In this document: positions 1 through 12,558 of the stretch, one piece after another
Layout: the number at the start of each line of letters is the position of its first letter
Position numbering within the stretch: the first letter of the stretch is position 1
DNA from: Lingula anatina
Lineage: Eukaryota > Animalia > Brachiopoda
Assembly (NCBI GenBank): GCA_051362555.1
Contig: CM120643.1
Span: 2,542,001 to 2,606,000, forward strand
Length of the DNA stretch: 64,000 nt
Direction of reading: 5' to 3'
Made by a program: the position numbers and the translations under genes
Notes under the pieces: model-generated
The model's database searches: none
What the model saw: only the letters and a program-made list of their open reading frames with translations
Told to the model about the DNA's origin: nothing

Positions 1-282
1 CTTATTCTGGTAAAGGTTTGTGTAGATTTTTATTTAGCTTCACTTGAAACATTTTAAATAATTATTTTAAATGTCTCTCTAGTTACTGTGATACTAGTAC
101 ATGCATAAAACCTGTGGTTCAGAATTAACATTTATTGACAATTTTCAAAGATCAGTTAAACTATTTTCAAGTTGTATGACAGAAACATTTTAAGATGCCA
201 ATATCACATTGATTTATATCATTGTTCAGTGTTTTGTTAATATTTATAACAGTTGGTATAAATTTAATCTTATTTCCTCTAG

Positions 283-346
283 AACTGAACTTAATATTAA
301 GTCCAGCCATGCCACATTGGTGATATTTCTACAGAACATTGAATAA
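283..346 (+). CDS. Duplicated alternative (short) terminal exon or pseudo-exon: TELNIKSSHATLVIFLQNIE*
   Basis: Own acceptor tatttcctctag (271-282). The first 55 nt are a paralog of 408-462 with mostly third-position differences. TAA at 344-346. Confidence 0.45.
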
Positions 347-407
347 CTCATTGATTTGTAACATTGTTCAATATATTATTAATATATTCAAATCTTATTT
401 CATCTAG

Positions 408-549
408 GACTGAGCTTAACGTCAAGTCCAGCCATGGCACCTTGGTGATATTTCTCCAAAACGAAGCAGGGTTTGTGAAGTGGGCGCCCACCACGGAGAG
501 AGTAAATGAACTCCTACTGGCATACAGGCCAAAGGACAAGCTGAACTAG
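408..549 (+). CDS. Terminal coding exon of an unidentified gene entering from upstream of the window (...TELNVKSSHGTLVIFLQNEAGFVKWAPTTERVNELLLAYRPKDKLN*)
   Basis: Acceptor tatttcatctag at 396-407, a GC-richer open frame to TAG 547-549, then ~3 kb of AT-rich UTR-like sequence with AATAAA near 3217 and 3470. Protein not recognised. Confidence 0.7.
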
Positions 550-1984
550 TGAAATCTGTCCAAGAGTCGACTGAAATGACTGAATCACTGCTATCACACT
601 GACCAAAAGAAAAAGAAACGGCTGAGATGATCCATGATATCCAGGTTGTTAAAAGGTGAAGGTCATTGATGCAGTGGTACCACTGGGACAGGGTACAACA
701 ACACAGGGAAAGGTAGACTCAGCTACAGAAATTCTGAGACAATAAAAGAAGCTGATCAAGCTATGCGTGATGATAAGAGTGGATTATAGCGCCCATGAAA
801 GTGAGTGAATTGGTAGCTTTTTATTGCACAGCTGAAAACTGGTGTTAATGTCTGAATAGCAGGTGACATAGCACATGACATCTTGTTAGCACAGCAGAGA
901 AAGAATTCCTGGAGTGGCTTCTTAAGTATTAATTAACTGAGAAATGAAGCTTGAACAGCAGAAGACAAAAGAAAAAGATGAATATAACTAACATGACTGA
1001 AAATGGAGAAATAAGAAAGGCTACAATAGAAGAGAAAATGGCTTACTTTTTTCTAAGCTGTGCCCATGTTTTAAGCTGTGTGTGCCTGTAGATAGCTGGG
1101 GTTTGTTAAGTTTTACCTCTCACCCATGAGACTTGATTACAAGAGTTTCAAGAATTAACAAGAGCAGTTGGTATTCTGCTTAAATATTAATACTAGAGAA
1201 ATAACAAGCTCAAAAACATTCTCACCTCATTTCTCTGTGGCAACTCCTCTGTGTCTGATTCCAGTAAGAATGGAGAATTAATGAAGTCAAGGCAGAAGAT
1301 CTGTAGGTACACTAACGAGAAAACTACTTTTCTGCCTATGTCTGCATATGTGTCAGCTTTGCTGTCTAGTTTCTAGTCTCATTCAGTGCATGAAACAAGG
1401 GAATGTTCATATATTCAAGGATTTCTTTATTTTTCAAAGAATTTTTCTAAATCATGATTAAGGCTTCTCAAGATGAAAAAAAAGCATACATCCCTATGGT
1501 TGAGAATTGGTGACTTTATAGAGAATAGTTGTTCAGGTTATTTTAGAGTCGTTTATGAAACAAAAGAACATTAAAGGTATCCATTTATAAACAGTTGGTT
1601 TGATATTCCACTTAAGCTGAAAAAAATAGAAATTTGAATTGTAAACTTGAGTCAGTGTATACACATTTACTGACATTGCATTCTCCCCCATACTTATCAT
1701 TCAAGTATTAACTTTGGTCTTCAGGTGTTGGATTATTTTTGCTATTGATGAATGATGAGTTGATATCAAGCCCCTATTCACACTGCAGTATACTCTCTAT
1801 TTCACATCAGTTTGAGAGGCTAACAACTTTATAGCCAGACTGTTATGTAAGAAAGACATCTAAAGAGAGGCTTTGCACTAGTTGCGTCCAGATAAGCAGC
1901 TTCATAATTAAGATTGGTCTTAACGTTTGGAAGAGAATTTAGAAAAGGCAAAAAAAAAAAAAAAAACAGTAGTGTTTTTACACG

Positions 1985-2158
1985 AATTTGAAAGGAACAG
2001 ATCTGGGGATCAAGTATCGCAACAAACTAAAAAGCTTGCCACTTAATTCCTGATTAGACACTGAATAGATTCCCCGCGGGGATTACACATCTAGCATTCA
2101 AGTGTGTTGGCCATATTTGATCCGGGGATCAGTTAGTCCGCTTTTCTGAATGCGCTCT
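1985..2158. mobile_element. MITE family A copy (sub-terminal GGATCAAATATGGC/GCCATATTTGATCC inverted repeats)
   Basis: Homologous to 26815-26950, 44325-44510 and 52450-52590, which are in the opposite orientation. Shared gaatctattcagtgtcta and gcaagctt blocks. Confidence 0.7.
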
Positions 2159-3764
2159 AAGCATCCTCTGTTGTTTAGATAGTGAGAACTCTGTATATTC
2201 TCAATTTGTGTAGTTGCAGTTCAATTATTATTCTTAATTTGTACAGTATAAATTCATGAGTATTTGTTTAATACTTGGATTAAACTCTCTAATAATACTT
2301 TGTAAAAGTAAACATAATGAATTCTTTAGAAATGTTTTGTAAAAGTAAACAGCCTATGGTTTGAATTTTTAAACATAAGATTGGAATATGTTTATAGAAA
2401 GCATGAGGTTTTATTTCTATTTTTACTGCTTTTAACTGTTAAACCATTCAGGTTTTATTGCATGGTATTTATGAGTCTGTTTTTAGCTAATAGTATGAAA
2501 TGTATAAAGCTTGATCAGGTAAGTGTGGTGAATACAAGGGATGTTTTGATTTCTTAGTAAGAATGTTAAGTTGAGGGAGTTTTTTTATCCAGTTCATTTA
2601 GGTCAGGTTTTTATGTTGATTTAAAGTTTTGGTGGGAGTGTAACAGATCAGCTTGTTAAAACAACAAGACACTGCTGGACGGCTATTTATCTGATTTTTA
2701 TGTACACGAAACACATTTTCAGAAAATCCATATTAAATTTCTCTTAGCCAAAGTGAATAATCTGTGGCATTTTGCAATAAATTGCTTTGCCAAAATGGGC
2801 CTGAACATTATTTATTATAGCTCATATGAGAGGCTTTTTTTTCTTTTCATTTTATTGCCTTTAGCTTTCTTTTTAATTGCCATAAATGTGTATAATTTAA
2901 CATAAAGTGTTTCTCTGTCAGGCTGATATTAAACTGAAGAAAAAAGAGAGTTCATGGTTTAAAAAAAATCAAAATATCTTAATGTCTTAGCCCTTTGCAG
3001 TGAGGGGGAAATTCTTATTGGCATTTACTGTACATTGCTTATAAATTTGTATTTTCGTATATGTTAGTCTTTTTGTATGTAGTTTATAGCTCGGTGAAGA
3101 AAACTCTTCTCTGTAGTATTATATTGGATAAGATCACATGAGCTTTGTGAACGGGTAACTATAGCAAAATACTAAGTATTGAAATGGAATTTGCTGGATA
3201 TGTATGTATACATAACAATAAACCCTCTATCTTCAGGGTCAGTTTTCCATCACAGGTGGGAGAATTAGAAGATGTTATTTCAAAATGTTGAATTTCTTGA
3301 TCAACCCTCACAGGAATTTTAGAAAGAAATAGATGCCATTTTCAACTTGGCTTTTAGATAATAACTGTTGTAAATGAATAAGCATCAGTGTTAAGCTAAA
3401 GGCCAACTTACACTGCTAGTTTGAAGCTGAGCTACCACCTAGTCAGGTTTGTGTTGTTTGCCCTTTTGAAATAAACCCTGTGTATATTTTTCCCCAGTCT
3501 CTCCCATTAGAAAAAGGCATCAGTACAAGAACCTGTTTAGCTCAGCTACTTGTCTGAAAGAAAAGAAGCTCAGCTTGTTGTTCTCAGAGTGTGTTGGTCT
3601 TAAGGCGCAGCTGCATCAGACTTCGCGCACTGCAGCAGTTTTGTAGGTGTTCATATATTAACAATGAAGTATTTTCTTATTTTTCTAATCAGTAAGGTGT
3701 TTTTTAAAGAAAAGTACCATTGGTGCTTGCTTGATTTGTAGTTCAGCAAGCATTCTATAGAGGT

Positions 3765-3779
3765 GTTTTTTTTTTTTTC

Positions 3780-3817
<38 letters not shown>
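3765..3817. repeat. Long poly-T tract (another at 4764-4814)
   Basis: Direct observation. Origin (retroposon tail or slippage) unresolved. Confidence 0.9.
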
Positions 3818-3821
<4 letters not shown>

Positions 3822-4761
3822 AACAGTCCAACCGGGGGTAGATGTTTGCACAAATGTTGCTTTTTCACGTATGTGCACTTCTTGTATGTTGTATTTAAAA
3901 ATCATGAAAAGAATTTTAATATTATTCCTAGTTTTGTTGCCAGGGGAACGAAATCAATACAATACAATAAAAGCAGAAATGCCCCAAAAATGTAACAGCA
4001 GATGACTCGACTTGTTTTTGCTCTAAAATTCCATTTCAAAAATTGGGAAAAATCCAGCAAACTTTACCACAGGTATTTATCTCATTTTGAGGCAGTTTCC
4101 GACAATACTGTAATATACCAAAGTACCCTGAATGCACTTTCCAATTGGTAATTTCCATCAATCTGTAAACATTAAGAAAGCAGAATAAAAAGTTATAGGC
4201 TGTATACTCCATGTATACTTCACTGTACCTATAAAAACGTTTTATTTTATAAACTTCACCAAACTATCATAAATAAACTGCAAGTTGCCGGAATAAAATT
4301 CTGGTTTACCCAAGATTTTAGTCTATCGGCCCGCAGCCTGTCCCTGCGCCTTGACGCAGGAAGGGGAGTGGAGGTGCAAGGCGAAAATTTTGGCCCAAAC
4401 TTGGATAAAATTAAAACGGAATAAAATAATTTTATTGAAAAATAATGACCCCTCCGACGTCATTGCGGGGTCACCTGTTACCACATCAAACTACCGCTCT
4501 GAACTCTTTGGTGCGGAACACTGGGCAGTCATGTCCGTCCCCTACATTAACTAGTCCATTTGGAATAAATGAAATAAAAATAAATGAACCACAATAGGAA
4601 GAAAATGTTAGAACTGGTTAGTTGACACCTTCCCTCCTCTTTTACTGTACTTGGGCTTAATTAGAGCGAAGGCACACTTACATTTGGTGGAAGGAATCTT
4701 GTCAGGGTGCGAGCCTGGTTTGCACGCGGCCTGATCCAGACAAGATTGCAGTGTGTGGTGA

Positions 4762-4816
<55 letters not shown>

Positions 4817-5940
4817 ATCAGAAGGCAATATGAACTTTTTGTGAGCTCAATACGACCCATTAGATGTATGTGTGAACCAGGACGAGCCTGTTTGTCCATT
4901 GTTCCTATGTCTGCACACGCCTTATCCGGACCTACGCCAAACTGGACGAGAAAATCTCAATTTTCACAAGTGGTCTTCTCCCTTTCCTTCATTCAGCGTC
5001 TTTTGCCGTTGACCTTCACTTGTTAGTGGTTATGACTTTTTACCATCATAATAACTACTGGAGTTGATTTTAAACCGAAATTATACCCTGTAAAGTTTGT
5101 CAAGCTGTCTTAGAAAAGAACATGGGCGCTAGCCACGGGTAATGATTAACACGCAAAAGTGTTGTTAAAACAACACACAGTGGAGGTTTTAAAGGTTCCA
5201 AACATTGTCTCCATTCATGAATGTTATGAATTTTAATTAATCACGCTTCATTCTTAAAAGCATTATGTCCAATCCATAAAGGAGGAGTGGAGTGGGAGAG
5301 AGAGAGGGTATCAAAGGTCACGTGAGCACGGGAACTGTGGCAGATTAATATTTCATTGTTTTATGCTATGGACTGCTCCCACCTATCAAAACTGACTAAA
5401 TTCACTGTCAATGATAAATGCTCCCGGAGCATCGCGTACAGACTTCAGTTTGGAAATAGAAAAACTGACACGTTTATTATCAGCGGTATTTACACTTTTA
5501 AATATGTTCCACGCTCTAAAAAAATCAAAATCAGTCTTTCAAAATTGGTTGAACTTATTGCAATGTAATTACCCCCGTTTTTAGACCACGTATTGTTATT
5601 TCATGTCACGTTTCTTCATCCTCCTCGTGAGCGCGTGACATTTTAAACAACGTCATTATTAAATACTTTGGTCAGAACAAGTTACATCTGAAATAACGGT
5701 AGGCCTAACTTACTACGACATCTCATTTTCTCAGGACATATTGCATTAAATTCAATTCGATACACATCTCTTTTTTTCCCCATAGAGCCCGTCATTTAAT
5801 GCGACTTTCCATCTGTTTGGCCCTTTATTCGAGTCAGCTCACATATTTGTTGAAATTTATGGAACTTTGCTCTTTGACTCCCGCTTGTTCGCGATTGGGA
5901 CTGGGTCGCCATAGAGAGAAAACAAAAACGCTGCTTTTAA

Positions 5941-6090
5941 ATGGCGTTAACGTGCGACAAGAGCACGCGTCTTATTTTAATTCTGTCATGCCTTAATGTG
6001 GTGTATTTGATGACATTAAGCGGTCACGGTAAGTGGACTCATCATTAAGTGTCGATAGGGTGGGAATGCCGTTTTGGGGGATGGGGGGGG

Positions 6091-6149
<59 letters not shown>

Positions 6150-6491
6150 TGCATAGTTAAAACTTTACGGAAAAGATGAAAATAACACTAAACGGACATA
6201 CGTTTAAGGTCATGTCCGAAGGAATTTGCTCTCTCCCACACAGGTTCCTTTTCTCCAGTTAAATCAGTTGTGTGCGTCGTGTTGTAGATGACAATGAGGC
6301 TTCAAATTGGAAACAAGTGATATATTGAAAATAATTAAAAAATAGCCTAGCTTGGACTGCTCGGAAATATAACCTCCCTTAGAGGGTTTCAACGAAGGTC
6401 TGAGAGGTGACAGACATGGTTATTTCAAGTTCAACAGTTGTTCAACAGTTGTTCTGCTAGTGCCTATACTGCCTATGAGTATTTGCTGTGT

Positions 6492-6530
<39 letters not shown>

Positions 6531-9500
6531 TTTGTATTGATTCACAGTGTGTTCGTGTGTGTGCGGGCGTGCACGTGTATTTGTGTGTCTGTTTGCATGA
6601 GGGAGACTAAGAAAATACACGTGTAACTGATGTAAGAGAGAGATTTTTTCTGTTCTATATAGTTTACGATTCACAGAATTGATGTGAAAATAATGAATTC
6701 TGGGTAATTACTTATATAATATTGGAGTGTCCCGAGTTAAGTTAAAGGGATAAAAACTCTTCATATGAGATCCAAATTTCCGCAATAATACATTGCAAAC
6801 AACACACGGAAATATAATCAATTTCATTTTACCACGAAACGGCGGTTATATGAATTATTCTTGTCATCGGACCGCGTGGACTTCATAGCTGACTACCCTT
6901 GTAATAGTCTCTTAAGAGATTTTAACTAAAAAAACACATTAAAAAATCGACAAAACCTTGACTGTCGGAACGGATACATAAACCATTGATAAGCACGCAT
7001 ACGTCAACCCGTTTTTCTTTCTTTTCGCCAAAATTAGGGGCTATTATCCCTTTAGCCATTGCGATATGCAACCTAGACAGTGTTTGCAAGGTGGCAACAA
7101 TACATACCGTGCCTTTGTTCTTCTGAATATCCAATTCTATATTAATTTAACAACAGATTAACACACATTTACACTATATAGCATAAATATTTTATATTTC
7201 GAGCAATTTTATCGGCGTAAATTATTATCAATATCAAATTATTATTAGTCAACAAGAAAAGAGATATTGCTAAATATTATCTAATAATCAACTTTCACTC
7301 TCTCTGTTTTTCCATCCGTTGTTTTTCCAAAAGAAATCAAGAGTCTCCGGCATCTCCATAGGCAACGCCTCCCAAATAATAAGAGAAACAAACCAAATAT
7401 TGCAAAAATGAAATAAACATAAGGAGAATTTAAAAAGTCTAAAAATAAATCGGAAAAATCTGTGCTCTTTTCATCGCCAGTACATCGCGTCCTCCAAGGC
7501 TTGAAATTATGAATTTGTGACACTTCTGTTGGCTGTTTCATCCATTGGACAAGTTCCTGCACTGTGATGATGTAGACGTCCTTGTAAGATGCGACGTATT
7601 CTATGAATTGTTTGACGATGTCCACCCCCTCGGGGTGGCTTTTAAACCAGCTGGAGTGAAGAAGCAAACACAAGGGGGCGCGGTTGTTCTCATAGTGGAG
7701 ATTAAAATTATGGACGTAGAATTCAAAGACGTCTTCATCCTCGGAAAAATCACACCCCAAAGCGTCGGCCCCGTTGCAGCTTTCCCCCGTCTCTTTCCTG
7801 AACGGGCGATTCACGGGCACTGCCCAAAACCCGGGGTAGGACCCCCTGGGACAGTTTAAGCTCCCCACGCGGCCGTTGTCGCAAACCGTCCCAACTTGAG
7901 GCGGGAAATCCAGGGTGTACGGAAACAGCGGAAGGGATCGATCCTTAAAATGGAGCGAGCCTGTCAGCATTGATTTATCGTACACGAAATTATTATCGTA
8001 CAGAGCTTTGTACATGTTGTCCCCACCTATGCTCATGAACGGCACTCGTACACCAACTAAATCGCCTTCTGGTATTCCTGCCCTTTGGGAAATCTTCCGT
8101 CGTTGCCCTACCATCTCTTTTACGTAGTCTTTATATGTAGCGTTCCCACTCCACCATTGCTCAGGGTAGGTATGACTCAGGGAGTGCACCGCTATTTCAA
8201 GACCTCGACCATGGAGCTCTTTTGCCACTTCATACTGGGTCTCTAGACCAAATCCGTCGGCGGCGTCTGACACGAAGAACGTGCCCCCTATGGGGCATCC
8301 GTTGGGATTCTTGTACTTGGGATTGAAGATGGCCCGGAAGTAGTCGATGTTGACAGAGTGTACTGCGTCGTCAAAGGTGATTAAGATCACTTGAGGCGTC
8401 TTGGACGGTTCGATGTTCCCCGGGGGATTCGAGCTTGGGCAGTGACACTTGGGAATGTGACACTCGGACGGGGCACACGTCTCAGCGTCCGGTGCGCGTC
8501 CCAGTTCATCCGCGTTAACTGTCCCAGCTCCTTGAAGAAATAGACACAAGCTGACGTAGTGATAAACCCACAGTAGAAACGGCAGCGAAGAATATATAAT
8601 CTTCATTCCGATCTCGTATCTCATAAAACGTGGGGCATAAAACCCTGAGAGAGAGAGACAGCGAGGCAAATACGTCGCGACAAGTGATAAAGCTCCCTTA
8701 TGGTATTATAAAGTACTTGCCAGGTGAAGGCCAAACCATCAACAGGATATTAAAGCAGTCTCACTGTGTTAATACTATTTAGCATGGTACAGTATCAACA
8801 TTATTCAGAAACGCGTGAGTAGGTCTTCTACAGATGTGTCATTTTGTCTGTTAAAGTTCATTTCTCTGTGACAAGCCTTTATTCAATCTCCCCGGCTGTA
8901 GAATATGGATAAGACTGAAGAGAAAGTGGCAGTACATGTTCAAGCGAGGTGTTTTCAAGAACTACATTTACTTTAAATCAAAGTTACATATAAATCAACA
9001 AGCACGCGAGTGTCCGCTCACACGTTAAATTGTCTCGAATAATAATAAGGATAGGTTATGTACTTTCAGCGTACTTTGTTCAGTCGACTCCAGTTCTCCC
9101 TAAATAAAGGAATTAGATAAGAATGATCTTATACCTTTATTGTCTCTTTCCAAATTTTATCAGGTTTGCGACCTTATTACCGAAATAAAAACGACTCGTG
9201 AACTTCAAATCCTACACAACAAATATTATTTCAATTTTCTTTCCGAGATGCACTGGACTTAGTAAAGTTGCGGTTCAAATCACTAGTACATCTCCATCAG
9301 GATTTTGGCTATTATTCAAAATCCACTTCACTCTTAGTCTAAATGGTTAAAAAATAGCTGCATTTCATGCATTAACTTCGATCTAATTTCACAGTAGACT
9401 CTCTACTATATGTAGGCCTACGTATGCCCCGTTAAATAAACTGACGCGATAGGCAGCGAATTCAGTTGAGTAAACTGTTAAATAACGTCACGAAATATAA

Positions 9501-12499
9501 ACAAGGAAATTCAATGCACGTTGCGGCGCACCTGCACGTTTAGCTGACACATTGACCGGATGATAAATCTTTCAACCACATAAAACGACCCATTGAAAAT
9601 TACCGAAAAAAAAAAATGAGAAAAAACACATAATTTGAAAAAGATTTCATGAAATTGTCATATATTGCCTCCGTTTTTCAATAAAATCTGACTTTAAATT
9701 AAATAAATAATTAATTAATTAATTTTTTTTTATTTGTTTATTTACTTTTGCTGATATCACAAAGATTGGACTTCAGTGAACTCAGTAACTCAGCTTATTG
9801 GACTGTGAATCTTTTTATAAGCGGGATTCAAAGCTAGTTTTATCGAATAACAAAATGTATCTTCGTGCCTTGGGCGAGAAAAATATGATAAGGAAAGACA
9901 TATAAATTTGATCCTCAAAGCAAGTGGAGTTAGATTCAGAATATTTAGAAAACAGTTTTCTAAATTAATTGGTAAATATTTTGTAGTGAGCCGTCGGTCC
10001 TACGGGTTCTAAAAACAGTATTACTTGATAACTTATCAGTGTCTTTTTTTTTATTCACCAGTTCAAGTAAGTAGGTAATCTTATCAACATCCTAGATCAA
10101 ATAAAATAAATATCACGTTCAATTTTCAGGATCATGTCTGGATGTTGGATGTCGCCACCAGGGGCGCTGTATCACACAAGACGCGAGCAATCAGAGTTGG
10201 TGTGAATGCGACAGAGGATACAGAGGAGAATATTGCGAGAAAGAAACGTACACGGGTATCATATTTCAAAATGTTTTTTCGTGACCATTTTTTGTCGAAA
10301 TATTTTTTGTTTAAAAAATCAACCTGTTTGTATTTTATTTCGCACAGAGCCTATATATTTTTTTATTCTTCTTGTTTTCTTAACAGTAAAAAAACATTAT
10401 CATGTAATCATGTCGTATTGCGACCCGTTATCCTATGAGTAGCCTTTTTTTCGGGGAGGGGGGGTGGGTCAGATCTTTTGAGAAAATCTCACATTATATG
10501 CCGTATATTTTGAGACCAAGACCCTGATCGTGCAGAAACCGTTTTCTCCTTATCCTGCTTCTGAAACTCAAACGTCTTCAGTATAGTATTTGAAGACCAA
10601 AACTAGAAGCTAAATTCTAGTATTATAAAATAACTTGTTCATTTTCTCAGCAAAACCGCACAATTCATTTCGTAGGACACGTGAATGTATTTTAATTGCT
10701 CCCGTAACTAATGGCTCGAGTTTCTAAAGATAAATTAACCTGCGGCTGAAACCAACATGGCAAATAAACTATTCAGTTACACTTCCTGACTAAGACATAA
10801 CAAACAAACTCTTAATCTCTGCTGCGCAGAATACCACAGCTATGTGGAACGCAGGACGTCCTGCTGACAGACCTCATTAAACAAAACGCAGAAAAAAAAT
10901 TTATGAAGAAATTTGTTACTCTCTTGCACAGCGCTCGAGTAGTAAGTAGTGTTGTCCGAGTTGGTGACCTTTTTTTTTTTTTTTTTTTTTGCTTGACTTG
11001 GAACGAAAACTACATGTAGAAGAGGAGACGAAGAGGCGATTATTTGATTTTTTTTATACTATATTTACCTAACAGTTTACCTCTCCAGTTTAACTAATGC
11101 TACTCGCTTAATAAAAACCTTGCTTGCTATTTTGCTATATTGTTTTAGCCCTCTATCTGATACGATTTTTAACCCTCGCTTCTGTAGTCTCGTAAAAATG
11201 TGTGGTGTATTATAAAAATACCCCGAAAAGAGAGTACAGCTGTCACGAGTAAGAACTGAATTAGCGTGGGACTAAGTCATGTAACAGCATAGTGGGATAA
11301 ACAAAGTTTTTTTTTTCTCTTTTTGGTTTTGAAGAAAGAAAAACATACAATATAGAATTCCAAGTCATTGGGAAGATAAATGACTACCGGCGAAATCGGA
11401 CATACTTCGAAGAGGAAATATCGACGCTGGTAAAATTTTATCTATTTGATTATCCATAAGATTCATCGGGGACTATTTTCGTAAGTTGCACCTAGAAGAA
11501 TGGACCTCCATATTTCTATTCAATTTCTTTAACCGGTTTTAGAAAATAATAGGGCAGTAGTTATCATTTTTAGGATGTACGTTTGTCAGTTCGGAAGGTA
11601 AGATATATAGTTCTAAGCATCTGTTTTAAAGAACATATTCAACTACATTGTGCGGGTTGAGTGTGTAATATTGGGCATGTTATACGATATCTTTTACTTT
11701 GAAGCAATTTTAAACACCCAAACAAATGTTAAAAGCAATTTTAATGGCGTTACATTTGGTGTTTTCTGTTCCTTATTTTTAGCTCCTTCAAGTTTACCAA
11801 GGAGTTACTGGGAACGGACTCGTCAACGTTGCCGTAAACAGCGTCAGAGAACGGTATGGCCGGGTCTATAACGAATTCCTAATATTATTGTCACATTTCT
11901 ATTTAGGCAAGAACGATGTCTTGCTGTTTTCACATTTGTTCATTTTCCGAAGTAAATGCAGCTGCGTTTCTCTTTAATTAAATTTATCGAGCTCGGTATT
12001 TATGAGACGCAGTGTTTGACTTACACAGTCATGAGAAATCATGCATTAGTACAAATAATTTTTTTTAAATTTAAAAATAAACAAACATATAAATAAATAA
12101 ATAAAAAGTTTAATTAATTAATTAATTCATAAAAATAAATAAATAAAAGAAATTCATGGAAAAAACACGCCCAACCGTAACATATGAAACCTGTTACAAC
12201 AACAACAAGAACCAAAACCCAAAGCCACAAAAACAACCATATTGCGCACACAAAGGCGCGGGCTGACGTTAGCTGAGCATTGGTTTCCATTTAGGCAGAC
12301 CACTATCTCGGTGAAATCCACGCTGTCTTTCATCCTGTACTTCGACCAACCCTCGGACGCCAGCAGTTTAAATCTCCCCGGGGTATTACTACGGCAGCTG
12401 AAGATGGGGACCCTAGGCCCGTATAACGTCACCACACAGGCCTTTATCTACCAACAAGTTCAACCCAGCAAAGGTAAAAATTATCTTATTTATTTATTA

Positions 12500-12558
<59 letters not shown>

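Noticed and set aside
3763-5026. ORFs with poly-Phe/poly-Lys in the ORF track
   Set aside because: Artefacts of poly-T tracts. Most other short ORFs in the track are antisense shadows of real exons or microsatellite read-through.
10062-10066. Possible 5-nt micro-exon (caccag|TTCAA|gtaagt) in the receptor gene
   Set aside because: It would break the phase-1 to phase-1 join between the signal and EGF exons. Unsupported without reads, though it could be a poison micro-exon.
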